A DNA stretch of 64,000 nt from Dehalococcoidia bacterium (lineage in GTDB: Bacteria; Chloroflexota; Dehalococcoidia; Lucifugimonadales; CATOSD01). Below, piece by piece: positions 42,894 to 51,821 of this stretch. Each line of letters starts with the position of its first letter. Position 1 is the first letter of the stretch. Under the pieces are notes generated by a model. That model had not been told where the DNA came from, ran no database searches, and saw nothing but the letters and a program-made list of their open reading frames with translations. Both the position numbers and the translations under genes were made by a program. The stretch covers positions 5,012 to 69,011 of the forward strand of contig DAOUJL010000033.1 of the NCBI GenBank assembly GCA_034422735.1. The letters are read 5' to 3'.

Positions 42894-43642
42894 ACCGACG
42901 TGGGGCTGTGAAGCTCCAGTTGGGCCGCCGCGCCGCCGCCTGCCGGCAGCAGCGGCTCCACGTGCGCCCAGATCTGGTCGCCGATCGCCTCAACCGAGCC
43001 CGTGCCGTCGATTACGCGCCACCTTTCGGGTTCGGCATCCGCCAGGGCCCTGTAACCCCTACGCACCCGCCGGTGAAACGCGAGCGACTCCTCCTCGAAG
43101 CGGCGGGAGCCTTCCTCGTCCAGCCGACCCGCGGCCGCCTCCTCGCTCTCCGCGCCATCCATCGGCAGGGCCATCTGCACGGCGCCCACGCGCTGCAAGC
43201 CGACCTCCGGGGGGCAATCTACGAGGAACGTCAGGTGAGGCGTGACTCCGTCAGTCGCCAGAGCGTTCATCTGCTCGATTGCGGAAACCGGCAGGCGCCG
43301 GCCGTAGCCCTGATACGCGACAGTGGAATCTGCAAAGCGGTCAGCGACCACGATGAGGCCGTGTTGCTCGTGAGACTGCCTCAGCACCTTGGCCGCCAAC
43401 TCCGCCCTAGCCGCCAGGAAGAGGAACAGTTCGGCTCCCTTCGAGATTGCCTGGCTTCCCTGCTGGCCGCCCCAGGGCCGACCCTTGATCAACTCTCTCA
43501 GGTGCATTCCGAGCGGCGTCGTGCCCGGCTCTTTCACCGCCAGCACCGACAAGCCCGACTGGCGCAATCGCTCGCACAACAGCTCGAACTGCGTAGTCTT
43601 CCCGCTGCCCTCGCCGCCCTCGAACGATACGAATAGCGCCAA
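42890..43642 (-). CDS. tmk: thymidylate kinase
   Basis: FVSFEGGEGSGKTTQ P-loop, ...VKEPGTTPLG..., DRFADSTVAYQG. The proposed TTG start at 43642, with GGGAG 6 nt upstream, avoids a 59-nt overlap. The ORF maximum extends to ATG 43720. Confidence 0.85.
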   Translation of the reverse strand: MALFVSFEGGEGSGKTTQFELLCERLRQSGLSVLAVKEPGTTPLGMHLRELIKGRPWGGQQGSQAISKGAELFLFLAARAELAAKVLRQSHEQHGLIVVADRFADSTVAYQGYGRRLPVSAIEQMNALATDGVTPHLTFLVDCPPEVGLQRVGAVQMALPMDGAESEEAAAGRLDEEGSRRFEEESLAFHRRVRRGYRALADAEPERWRVIDGTGSVEAIGDQIWAHVEPLLPAGGGAAAQLELHSPTSV

Positions 43643-43661
43643 CTGCCGCTCCCGACCTGGC

Positions 43662-45299
43662 CTATCGCCTGAAGATGACCACGTGGCGGCCGGGGTCCCT
43701 GCCCATGCTCGACGAGGCAAGGCCGAACTTGCCCGCGATCTCGTGTTGCAGCCGCCTCACGTATGCTCCCTGCGGGTTCAGCTCCACGTGACCCTCGCCC
43801 TTGCGGACCCGTATCGCCGCCTCCTCCGCCTCGAGCACCGCGCCGTCCACCTGCTCGTCCGAAATCGGCGTCAGGCCGTGCCTGCGCGTAATCGCCTGGA
43901 TGAACTGCTCCAGTTGCGCCGTGGTGTTCTTGCGTAGCACGTACACCGGCTTGCCAATCTCCTCCGCGTCCCGAAGCGCCTTCGTCTTTCGGCGGTAGTA
44001 GTTCTTGGTGGTGACCAGCAGGTCGGCGCGGCTGATGTCCATCACCAGCTCGATCGGCGCGTTCGCGCTGCGCACCACGTGTTGCAGCCGGCCCCGGTTC
44101 ACGCCGTAGGGCAGTATGTGCGTCGTCTTGGGCGGCTCGACATCCTCACGCTCCAGTCCCTCCGCCGCCGGGAACGGGGCCTCCCGCCGCCGGGGCGTAT
44201 CCACCCCGCGCAGGTCGGTGCGCGCGCCTGTCTGTTCGCTCCGCTTCACCCTGTAGCCGCCCTCGCCGTCGCTCTCGCGCGTCTCCGGCGCTACGGCGAA
44301 GCCCCTCAGCATTCGGTCCACCACGTCGGTCACGTCCGGATGGACCGTGACCTCGTTCCACCCCTGTATCTCGACCAGGACGTCGAACGTCGGCGGCGCC
44401 CTCCGCTCCAGAACCGTTTTCTGGGTGCGTCGCCGCCGGGCCTCGATGTCGCCCAGCGTGACCGACTGCACCCCACCGACCAGGTCCGAAAGCGTGGGAT
44501 TCATGATCAGGTTGTCGAGCGTGTTACCGTGCGCCGTGGCCACCAGTTGCACGCCGCGCTCGGCGATGGTGCGGGCGGCGTTGGCCTCCAGCTCCGTGCC
44601 GATCTCGTCGATGATGATGACCTCCGGCATGTGGTTCTCCACCGCCTCGATCATCACGTCGTGCTGCAGCGCCGGCTTTGGCACCTGCATTCTCCGGGCG
44701 CGCCCGATGCCCGGATGGGGAATGTCGCCGTCGCCCGCAATCTCGTTGGAAGTGTCCACCACTATGACGCGCTTCCCGGCGTCGTCCGCCAGCACGCGCG
44801 CCACCTCGCGCAGCATCGTCGTCTTGCCCACGCCCGGCTTGCCGAGCAGCAGCACGCTTTTGCCGCTGAAGATGAGGTCCTCGATGATACGGATGGTGCC
44901 GTAGACCGCGCGCCCGAACCTCAGCGTCAGTCCCACCACGTCGCCGCGCCGGTTCCGTATCGCCGATATGCGGTGCAGCGTGCGTTCCACGCCCGCCCGG
45001 TTGTCCTCGCCGAAGCTGCCCACGCGGTCGATTACGTGTCGCAGGTCGTCGTAGGTAACCTCGTCGCTGCCCAGCGACACGCTCTCGTTGGGCACTCGCG
45101 CTTCGGCTTCTCGCCCCAGGTCGAGCACGACCTCGAGCAGTTCGTCTATGTTTTCATGGCCCCTGACCGACTCCTCTATGCGAGGAGGCAGCTTGTCCAG
45201 GAGCGCCTCCATGTCGTCGACTATCCGCCTCTCCACCAAGGGCGTTCGCACCTCCGGCCTGCCTGGTTCCTCTGCCCGGCGCTGTCGCCACCGGGCCAT
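43662..45299 (-). CDS. SpoIIIAA/Ycf45-like AAA ATPase with C-terminal R3H nucleic-acid-binding domain
   Basis: 545 aa. Walker A LLLGKPGVGKTTMLRE, ...VIVVDTSNEIAGDGDIPHPGIGRARRMQV..., C-terminal ...GAYVRRLQHEIAGKFGLASSSMGRDPGRHVVIFR (R3H-like). Confidence 0.75.
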   Translation of the reverse strand: MARWRQRRAEEPGRPEVRTPLVERRIVDDMEALLDKLPPRIEESVRGHENIDELLEVVLDLGREAEARVPNESVSLGSDEVTYDDLRHVIDRVGSFGEDNRAGVERTLHRISAIRNRRGDVVGLTLRFGRAVYGTIRIIEDLIFSGKSVLLLGKPGVGKTTMLREVARVLADDAGKRVIVVDTSNEIAGDGDIPHPGIGRARRMQVPKPALQHDVMIEAVENHMPEVIIIDEIGTELEANAARTIAERGVQLVATAHGNTLDNLIMNPTLSDLVGGVQSVTLGDIEARRRRTQKTVLERRAPPTFDVLVEIQGWNEVTVHPDVTDVVDRMLRGFAVAPETRESDGEGGYRVKRSEQTGARTDLRGVDTPRRREAPFPAAEGLEREDVEPPKTTHILPYGVNRGRLQHVVRSANAPIELVMDISRADLLVTTKNYYRRKTKALRDAEEIGKPVYVLRKNTTAQLEQFIQAITRRHGLTPISDEQVDGAVLEAEEAAIRVRKGEGHVELNPQGAYVRRLQHEIAGKFGLASSSMGRDPGRHVVIFRR

Positions 45300-45396
45300 A
45301 GCGTCAGCCTACAGCATACCAGCAGATACGTGGGGGCGGCAATTGGGCCACGCACTCGTTCGACCAGTCAATCGAATGGCCCGCCGCCGGCACCCC

Positions 45397-46350
45397 TCAC
45401 GCCGGCGCCTCCGCTCCGCTTGCCAGCCGCACCGGCGAGGCCGTCGCGCGTATGCACATCACGTACTCCGGGCCGGGCGCAAAGTCCATCGCACTCATCG
45501 CGCTCAGGAGGTCCGGCTGAAATTCCGCCACCAGTGCGCGTATCCGCCGCGCGCCCGCTAGTCGCGCTAACCCGAAACGGACCAGCGATGTGGCCGCGTC
45601 CACCGACCCGGGGGCACAGGTCACGTCCAGCCATCCGTTCGGCCCGCTGCGCCCCACTCTCAGGCGGCCTGCCAGTCCGCGTTGGCTCTCCAGCACGAAC
45701 TCGCGCGCCCGTCCGGGTCCGCGCTCGCGCGAGTCCCGCCACTGGTCGAACGTCACTCCCGCCATGCGTCGGACTGCGGACGGCGCCGACGCGCTGTACA
45801 GGCGAAACAGGTCGTACCCGTCTCGCCGAGACGCCTCTCTAGAAGCCGCGCCGCGCCGCTCAGCGCGGGCCGTCGGGAGGTTCGGTCGTCCGCCAGCCAA
45901 GAGCGTCTCGTGGTAAACGGGAAAGTAACCGGCCCGGCGCGCCGCGCCCAGCAGCGGGCACTCCACGGGCAGCCTGAGAAACACGCGCTGCGCTCCCGAA
46001 CGCGCCGCCTCGGCGGACACCCGCTCCAATACTCGTTCCGCCGCAGACTCCGCGTCGCCGCTCGCCACAAGCTGAGTCACCTGCCAGCTCCCCCGGCCAC
46101 TCAGCCGGCCGGCGGCCGCGACGGCCTCGGCGCCTCCCTCTCTTGCGACCCAGGCGCCCGCCCTCATCCTTCCCGCTGCGCACGACCTGGCCACTGCCGC
46201 GAGGGACGGCCTGCCGCCCAGCCCGGACAGGACGCCGGCCAGCGGACGCGCGTGGTTGTGGAGGGGGCGTTGCCTGAGAATCGCCTGCGCGGCGAGCCGG
46301 AGGTGGACCGCAATGGGTGAAACACCGGAGTTGGTAGTCATCGAGACCAC
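45397..46350 (-). CDS. hypothetical protein, possibly a GNAT-fold acetyltransferase-like protein
   Basis: 317 aa, Ala/Arg-rich. Segments such as ...GAQRVFLRLPVECPLLGAARRAGYFPVYHETLL resemble the GNAT beta4-alpha3 region. Co-directional with pdxST. Confidence 0.4.
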   Translation of the reverse strand: MVSMTTNSGVSPIAVHLRLAAQAILRQRPLHNHARPLAGVLSGLGGRPSLAAVARSCAAGRMRAGAWVAREGGAEAVAAAGRLSGRGSWQVTQLVASGDAESAAERVLERVSAEAARSGAQRVFLRLPVECPLLGAARRAGYFPVYHETLLAGGRPNLPTARAERRGAASREASRRDGYDLFRLYSASAPSAVRRMAGVTFDQWRDSRERGPGRAREFVLESQRGLAGRLRVGRSGPNGWLDVTCAPGSVDAATSLVRFGLARLAGARRIRALVAEFQPDLLSAMSAMDFAPGPEYVMCIRATASPVRLASGAEAPA

Positions 46351-46363
46351 CGGGACAGCGTTG

Positions 46364-46945
46364 CTACGCGCTGCCCTCCACCATCCGCACGAACAACTCG
46401 TGCACCCTGGTGTCGTCGGTCAATTCGGGATGAAAGGAGGTGGCAAGCAGCTTGTCCTGGCGCACGGCTACCGGACGGCCGTCCGGGATGCGGGCCAATA
46501 CGCGCACGCCCTCGCCCACCTCGTTGACCACCGGCGCGCGGATGAACACTGCCCGGAAGGCCGGGCCGGAGATGTCGCCCATCTCCAGCTCCGCCTCGAA
46601 GCTGTTGACCTGGCTGCCGAATGCGTTGCGGCTCACCTCGATGTCCATCAGCCCCAGCGGAGAGGGCCGGTGGTCGGTGAGCCGCTTGGATATGACTATC
46701 ATGCCGGCGCAGGTGCCCCAGATGGGCATGCCCTCCGACGCCTTTTCCTTCAACGGGCCTCTGAAATCGTAGATGTCGATTAGCTGGACGATCGTGGTGC
46801 TTTCGCCGCCGGGGATGATAAGGCCGTCGACGTCGTCCAGTTGGTGCGGGAGCCGGATCTCCGCCGACTCCACGCCCAGCCGGTCGAGCACCTCCCGGTG
46901 CTCCGCGAAATCGCCCTGGATTGCGAGAACGCCAAGCGTTGGCAA
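46364..46945 (-). CDS. pdxT: pyridoxal 5'-phosphate synthase, glutaminase subunit
   Basis: 193 aa. LGVLAIQGDFAEH, GTCAGMI, FHPELT motifs. Confidence 0.92.
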   Translation of the reverse strand: MPTLGVLAIQGDFAEHREVLDRLGVESAEIRLPHQLDDVDGLIIPGGESTTIVQLIDIYDFRGPLKEKASEGMPIWGTCAGMIVISKRLTDHRPSPLGLMDIEVSRNAFGSQVNSFEAELEMGDISGPAFRAVFIRAPVVNEVGEGVRVLARIPDGRPVAVRQDKLLATSFHPELTDDTRVHELFVRMVEGSA

Positions 46946-46946
46946 G

Positions 46947-47846
46947 CTACCAACCTCTCGTGGCCAGCTGCTGCTCCTCCGGCATGGTCCGGACGTCCAG
47001 TCCCGGCATGGCCTTGCCCAGCCCGGTCGAGACCTCTACGAGTATCGCTGGGTCGTTGTAGTGGGTCGTCGCCTTGACGATGGCCTCGGCCATCAACTGA
47101 GGCGTCTCGGACTTGAAGATGCCCGAGCCCACGAACACGCCATCCACGCCGAGCTGCATCATCAGGGCCGCGTCCGCGGGGCTGGCGATGCCGCCCGCGG
47201 CAAAGTTGACCACGGGCAACCGGCCGGTGTCGTGGATCTCCTTCACAAGCTCGTAGGGTGCGCGTAGGTCCCTGGCCGTCGCCATTAGCTCGGCTTCGTC
47301 CATTCCCACTATGCGCTTGATCTCGCCGAGCACCTTCCGGGCGTGGCGCACCGCCTCCACGATGTTGCCGGTGCCGGCTTCGCCCTTCGTGCGAATCATG
47401 GCGGCGCCCTCGCCTATGCGCCTCAGCGCCTCGCCGAGGTCCCGGCAGCCGCACACGAAAGGAATCTTGAAGTCGTGCTTGTTTACGTGGTTGTTCTCGT
47501 CGGCCGGGGTCAGCACCTCGGACTCGTCCACGTAGTCCGCGCCAAGCTCTTCCAGGATCTGCGCCTCGACGAAGTGCCCGATTCGGGACTTGGCCATGAC
47601 CGGAATCGTGACCGCGTCGATGATCTCACTGATCATCTGCGGGTCGGACATACGCGCCACGCCGCCCGCCGCGCGGATGTCGGAAGGCACGCGCTCCAGA
47701 GCCATGACGGCGACCGCTCCGGCATCCTCGGCGATCTTCGCCTGCTCGGGGGTTACCACGTCCATGATCACCCCGCCCTTGAGCATCTGGGCCAGCCCGA
47801 CCTTAACCCTCCAAGTACCGGTCTCCGACCTTACGTCAACTGCCAT
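46947..47846 (-). CDS. pdxS: pyridoxal 5'-phosphate synthase, synthase subunit
   Basis: 299 aa. ...[41 protein letters not shown]... is near-universal PdxS sequence. Confidence 0.95.
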   Translation of the reverse strand: MAVDVRSETGTWRVKVGLAQMLKGGVIMDVVTPEQAKIAEDAGAVAVMALERVPSDIRAAGGVARMSDPQMISEIIDAVTIPVMAKSRIGHFVEAQILEELGADYVDESEVLTPADENNHVNKHDFKIPFVCGCRDLGEALRRIGEGAAMIRTKGEAGTGNIVEAVRHARKVLGEIKRIVGMDEAELMATARDLRAPYELVKEIHDTGRLPVVNFAAGGIASPADAALMMQLGVDGVFVGSGIFKSETPQLMAEAIVKATTHYNDPAILVEVSTGLGKAMPGLDVRTMPEEQQLATRGW

Positions 47847-47932
47847 CTTTGGCCTCCTCCAGCCGCTCGCGTTTTTCAGCGAAATATCGCGCGGTTACAC
47901 GCCTTCACGCGGCCCGCATGAGTTTTCGCGCC

Positions 47933-47961
47933 ATTATACTCCTGACCACCGCTCTTTACAA
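47933..47961 (-). promoter_or_regulatory. sigma70-type promoter of pdxST
   Basis: Minus strand: -35 TTGTAA (47961..47956), 17-nt spacer, -10 TATAAT (47938..47933). Confidence 0.5.
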
Positions 47962-48040
47962 TTGCCGCTCCGGTCTGCCAAGCTTGTATCGAGGCACGCA
48001 TGACGCGCCGACATGCCCGGAAACTTGGCGACATATCTCC

Positions 48041-48069
48041 TTGCGGGCCGAATATGCGTGCGCTACAAT
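48041..48069 (+). promoter_or_regulatory. sigma70-type promoter of the TPR gene
   Basis: -35 TTGCGG (48041..48046), 17-nt spacer, -10 TACAAT (48064..48069), 28 nt before ATG 48098. Confidence 0.5.
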
Positions 48070-48097
48070 TCGCAAACTTTCTCCCAGGGTGTCACCG

Positions 48098-48946
48098 ATG
48101 AGCCAATCCCACGTCGAAGATAAGGCCAAACTGCGCAAAGACCTATCCAGGAAGGCCGTCGCCCTCGCGATGAAGAGCCGCTGGAAGGAAGCCAGCGCCG
48201 TCAACCGCGCCATACTGAAGGACTTTCCCCGCGACCTCGAAGCCTGGAACAGGCTGGGCAAGGCGCTCAGCGAGTTGGGGTGCGTCGCCGAGGCCCGGGA
48301 CGCGTTCGGCAGAGCGCTTGAAGTGTCGCCGCACAACAGCATCGCCCGAAAGAACTTCGAAAGGCTGAATCGGCTAGATGAGGACGAGCAGCCCGCGCTG
48401 GTCACCAGCGGCGCGACCGCCCAGGCCTTCATAGAGGAGGGCGGCAACTCCGGCGTTACGTCGCTGGTCAATCTTGCTCCCGCCAGCGGCCTGTTCAAGC
48501 TCTCTCCCGGCCATCCCATCGAGCTTCGGTGCGAGGGCGGCGGGCTGAAGGTGTTCCGCGCCTCCGGAGACTACGTGGGGCGCGTCGAATCGCGGCTGGC
48601 CTCCAGGCTGGCCAGGCTCATCAAGGGAGGCAACCGCTACGACGCCACCGTGCGCAGCGTCTCCGAGCGGGAGGTCGTCATCATCATCCGCGAGTCGTTC
48701 CGCCACCACTCCCAGGCGCACGTCCCGTCCTTCCCCGCCCGCGTCACCGGGCCATACCCTGTGTACCTGCCCGGCGCCTCCGTTGATTACGGCCTGTCCG
48801 ACGAGATAGACGGCGAGGAACAGCTATCGGTCAAGGACTGGTCGAACGACGACACCGAGCCCGGCGACGACGCCGCGTTCACGCCCGTTATCCACCGCAT
48901 CATAAACAGCCCGGGCAGCGACCTCGACGGCGACGACGACTATTAG
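48098..48946 (+). CDS. TPR-repeat protein with HIRAN-like central domain and acidic tail
   Basis: 282 aa from ATG 48098. TPR helices (...WKEASAVNRAILKDFPRDLEAWNRLGKALSELGCVAEARDAFGRALEVSPHN...). Then ...GHPIELRCEGGGLKVFRASGDYVGRVESRLASRLARLIKGGNRYDATVRSVSE.... Asp/Glu-rich C-terminus. Confidence 0.65.
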   Translation: MSQSHVEDKAKLRKDLSRKAVALAMKSRWKEASAVNRAILKDFPRDLEAWNRLGKALSELGCVAEARDAFGRALEVSPHNSIARKNFERLNRLDEDEQPALVTSGATAQAFIEEGGNSGVTSLVNLAPASGLFKLSPGHPIELRCEGGGLKVFRASGDYVGRVESRLASRLARLIKGGNRYDATVRSVSEREVVIIIRESFRHHSQAHVPSFPARVTGPYPVYLPGASVDYGLSDEIDGEEQLSVKDWSNDDTEPGDDAAFTPVIHRIINSPGSDLDGDDDY

Positions 48947-48973
48947 CGCGTCCCGCGCCTCAGCCTCCGCCTG

Positions 48974-49243
48974 TTACGAGGCGGGTTCTGAGTCGGAATC
49001 GGCCAGCGGGCGCTCGCGGTAATAGATGCCCCATCGCCTCATCGCCTCTTCGATATCCGGCGACTGAATCTCCGACAGTTGGCGAAAGAATCCCGCCAGC
49101 GCGTGCGCGTGAAGCAGTTCCTCCGAACACACCCAGCTCGCCTCCGCCGGCACCACGTACACCAGGCCGTTCTGGTGCTCGCACTGCATCTCGATGCGCT
49201 TACCGCCCGTGTCGTGCTTCACGCTGATTCCGTACTCTGCCAT
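48974..49243 (-). CDS. hypothetical small protein (89 aa)
   Basis: ATG 49243 preceded by GAGAGGAGAG. MAEYGISVKHDTGGKRIEMQCEHQNGLVYVVPAEASWVCSEE.... I recognise no family. Confidence 0.5.
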   Translation of the reverse strand: MAEYGISVKHDTGGKRIEMQCEHQNGLVYVVPAEASWVCSEELLHAHALAGFFRQLSEIQSPDIEEAMRRWGIYYRERPLADSDSEPAS

Positions 49244-49403
49244 GTCTCTCCTCTCGTTCAGGCGTCGTGCTCCGGATGAGTAACTACTCCATTTTAACAC
49301 TCACACAACCGTCGTCCCCGCGCAAGCGAGAATCTAGGAGTGTGGGGCACTCCACACTGCCTGCGCCGCGACTGACCTCTGGCCACTCTACGCCCCGCCC
49401 CTA

Positions 49404-49412
49404 TGCTACAAT
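49404..49412 (+). promoter_or_regulatory. extended -10 element (TGCTACAAT) upstream of the Kelch lipoprotein gene
   Basis: Context CCCCTATGCTACAATCCTCCCAGC, nearly identical to the context at 51743. It would give a leader of about 170 nt. Confidence 0.4.
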
Positions 49413-49587
49413 CCTCCCAGCACACCTTTGCGGCGACCGATCTGACTGTCGCACCCCATCGCCACTTGGCAGGCTCGTTGGCCCAGTATTGGAGCATCTC
49501 CCGTACTCGGAGATGTTGCCGGCCAAAGTCAGTCTGTCCCAACGGAGGGCGGCTCGCCGATGGTGAACTTGATAAGGAGTCGCCGCA

Positions 49588-51621
49588 ATGACGGTCGCCG
49601 CGCCGAGGTTTGATTATCGTGTCGCCCTTATCGGGTTGTTTTTCGTCACAGCTGCCCTGACGTGGTCATGCGGTGGTGAAACGCAACCCACCGCACCCAC
49701 GATTGCGCCCACCGCCGCTAGCACGCCTACTACATCGCCCACCGCGACCGTCCCAACCGCAACGCCCGCACCCACGACGACGCCTGTGCCTGCCACCAAC
49801 ATACCATTCCCTACCCCGACTCCTTCCCCGACACCCAACCCCGCCATGGACGTCTTCGGGTCCGCCATGGTGAAGATGTCGGACGGTGGCGGCGCCGCAA
49901 TCGAGATCAACGCCAACCTTGAGGCGATATCAGACGGACAAAGAGTCCAGATTCCCATTTCGTACACCGGAGTCTTTGCCATCGGCGGCCTTAACTGGTC
50001 GGACGTTGTCGTCGCTGCGCCAGTTCTCGGGATAGAGTCCCGGGTTATGACGCTCTCGGCCCCGTTCCTCACGACCGTTCATGTTCTCGACGAGTCGTCG
50101 GGCAAATGGGAAGCGAACTACGGTCACTCGCCCAATTCGATAGCGTTTGATAAGCTCTTCGCGCCGCGTGCTTACGAGCTTACTGAGTTGGTTCTGTCCG
50201 GCAAGGAAGAGATTAACGGCATAGACGCCACAGTCTTCACTGCCAAGTTGCGTAACTTCGCGGTCGTCGGCTCGCAGGGCAATTTAGACGTCGTCTACTG
50301 GATAGGTGTGGATGATGGTCTGCCACTCAAAGTGTCCGCCTCCGGTACCCTGGATGTCGATGCTGACGTGGTGCTGATTGGCGAAACGGTCGCGGAGTCT
50401 GCGTCGGTCGAAATAACGGCTACTATATTCGACCACGGAAAGCACGTAGACGTTGTATCCCCCACCCTGGGCCTTCAACGTTTTCAGCATGAGGCGCTGC
50501 TGCTGAATGACGGGCGCGTACTCGTAGGGGGCGGATTCACAGGAATCTCCAACAACAATGTCGTCGTCCCTTTTCCAGTAGGCTTCGTCCAGACATATGA
50601 TCCGTCTGCGGACATGTGGTCGTTCCAGGATCCCATGGAAAACGCCGGCTTCTTGTACTCGGCCCTCAAGCTGGGTGACGGCAAAGTTCTGTTTGTCGGC
50701 CTGTCAGGCGACGAGAACTTAGTCGAACCATTCGCGAGCCTGTTCGACCCTGGGGAAAATTCATGGGAAGATGCCCCTGCACCTTCCACGACTCGTGGTT
50801 TTCCTGAGACCCTTCTACTTGATGACGGACGCGTTCTTCTCTTAGGTGGTTGGGACTTTACGTCATCGGACACCACATTCACGCGAGAGGTGGTGAAGGC
50901 GGTCGAGGTTTACGACCCCCAGACCGGCGAATGGCGCCAGGCTGCTCCGCTGACCCAGGACTTCCAAGAACCCCCACACTACACTCTGTTGAACGACGGG
51001 CGGGTGATTGCGATGGGAGTCGGCGGCGACATGTTTGCTGAAAGGACAGCTTTCGCCGAATTGTATGACCCCAATTCCGATTCTTGGACACCCATCAGCA
51101 GCGCTGATGCCCACTACTCGCTCAACAACGCCCTCAGCTTGGCCGATGGCAGAGTACTCGTGCTCGGGTCGCTTCCCAGATGGATTTCCAATCAACGCCC
51201 GGACGGAAGCTCCGGGATCGTCACCTTGCCAGACGGAAGCCGGCTGACCGCCGCTCAGGTAGCAGAGCGATTCCCTGCGGCGAAGATCTACGACCCGGCC
51301 ACCGACACATGGTCTGCCGCCGGGGGTATGACTCACACACGGAACAGCGCCTCGCTCGCTCTGCTTCCCGACGGTAGGGTTCTGGCAGCCGGCGGTGAGA
51401 ACTACTGGTCCAAGGACTCCTTATCCTACTCCACGACCGAGATTTTCGATCCGCAGACCAACTCGTGGTCGCCGGGGCCTAACCTGACCGATCTGCGAGC
51501 CGGTGCCACCGCGACGCTAATGCCAGATGGCAGGGTGCTGCTGGTCGGGGGCATGGGGCTTGTGCAGGACATCGAGGAGATATACCCCCATGCAACCGCG
51601 GAAATAGTCGATCCCGGTTAG
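49588..51621 (+). CDS. secreted/lipid-anchored Kelch-repeat beta-propeller protein with Pro/Thr linker
   Basis: 677 aa. Signal sequence ending ...AALTWSC. P/T-rich linker (PTAPTIAPTAASTPTTSPTATVPTATPAPTTTPVP...). At least seven repeats of the type LLNDGRVLVGGG / LLPDGRVLAAGG with ...YDP.T..W. Confidence 0.8.
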   Translation: MTVAAPRFDYRVALIGLFFVTAALTWSCGGETQPTAPTIAPTAASTPTTSPTATVPTATPAPTTTPVPATNIPFPTPTPSPTPNPAMDVFGSAMVKMSDGGGAAIEINANLEAISDGQRVQIPISYTGVFAIGGLNWSDVVVAAPVLGIESRVMTLSAPFLTTVHVLDESSGKWEANYGHSPNSIAFDKLFAPRAYELTELVLSGKEEINGIDATVFTAKLRNFAVVGSQGNLDVVYWIGVDDGLPLKVSASGTLDVDADVVLIGETVAESASVEITATIFDHGKHVDVVSPTLGLQRFQHEALLLNDGRVLVGGGFTGISNNNVVVPFPVGFVQTYDPSADMWSFQDPMENAGFLYSALKLGDGKVLFVGLSGDENLVEPFASLFDPGENSWEDAPAPSTTRGFPETLLLDDGRVLLLGGWDFTSSDTTFTREVVKAVEVYDPQTGEWRQAAPLTQDFQEPPHYTLLNDGRVIAMGVGGDMFAERTAFAELYDPNSDSWTPISSADAHYSLNNALSLADGRVLVLGSLPRWISNQRPDGSSGIVTLPDGSRLTAAQVAERFPAAKIYDPATDTWSAAGGMTHTRNSASLALLPDGRVLAAGGENYWSKDSLSYSTTEIFDPQTNSWSPGPNLTDLRAGATATLMPDGRVLLVGGMGLVQDIEEIYPHATAEIVDPG

Positions 51622-51742
51622 GCGGAGGTAGCACACAGAAACCCCGGCTTGCATGACCATTCCAAACTCCTCTGCCTTTACTCGGGCGATCTCACGATGA
51701 ATGTGACCAGCCGCGCCCCTCGCCGCCCCCGCCGCCCGCCTA

Positions 51743-51751
51743 TGCTATAAT
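51743..51751 (+). promoter_or_regulatory. extended -10 element (TGCTATAAT) upstream of the MBL hydrolase gene
   Basis: Context CGCCTATGCTATAATCCTCACCGC, 70 nt before ATG 51822. Confidence 0.45.
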
Positions 51752-51821
51752 CCTCACCGCGCCCTCCAACGGCGACGACCACTCGCGCGGCCCACGCCCG
51801 CCGCCAACAGGAGACCATCAG

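Noticed and set aside
51635-51650. ACAGAAACCCCGGCTT just after the Kelch gene, reminiscent of the RNase P RNA 3' conserved region (ACAGAACCCGGCUUA). A GGAAGCTCCGGGA lies about 430 nt upstream.
   Set aside because: The intervening 430 nt are unambiguous Kelch-repeat coding sequence. The 5' motif differs from GAGGAAAGUCCGGGC. This is most likely a chance resemblance. cmsearch with the RNase P models would settle it.
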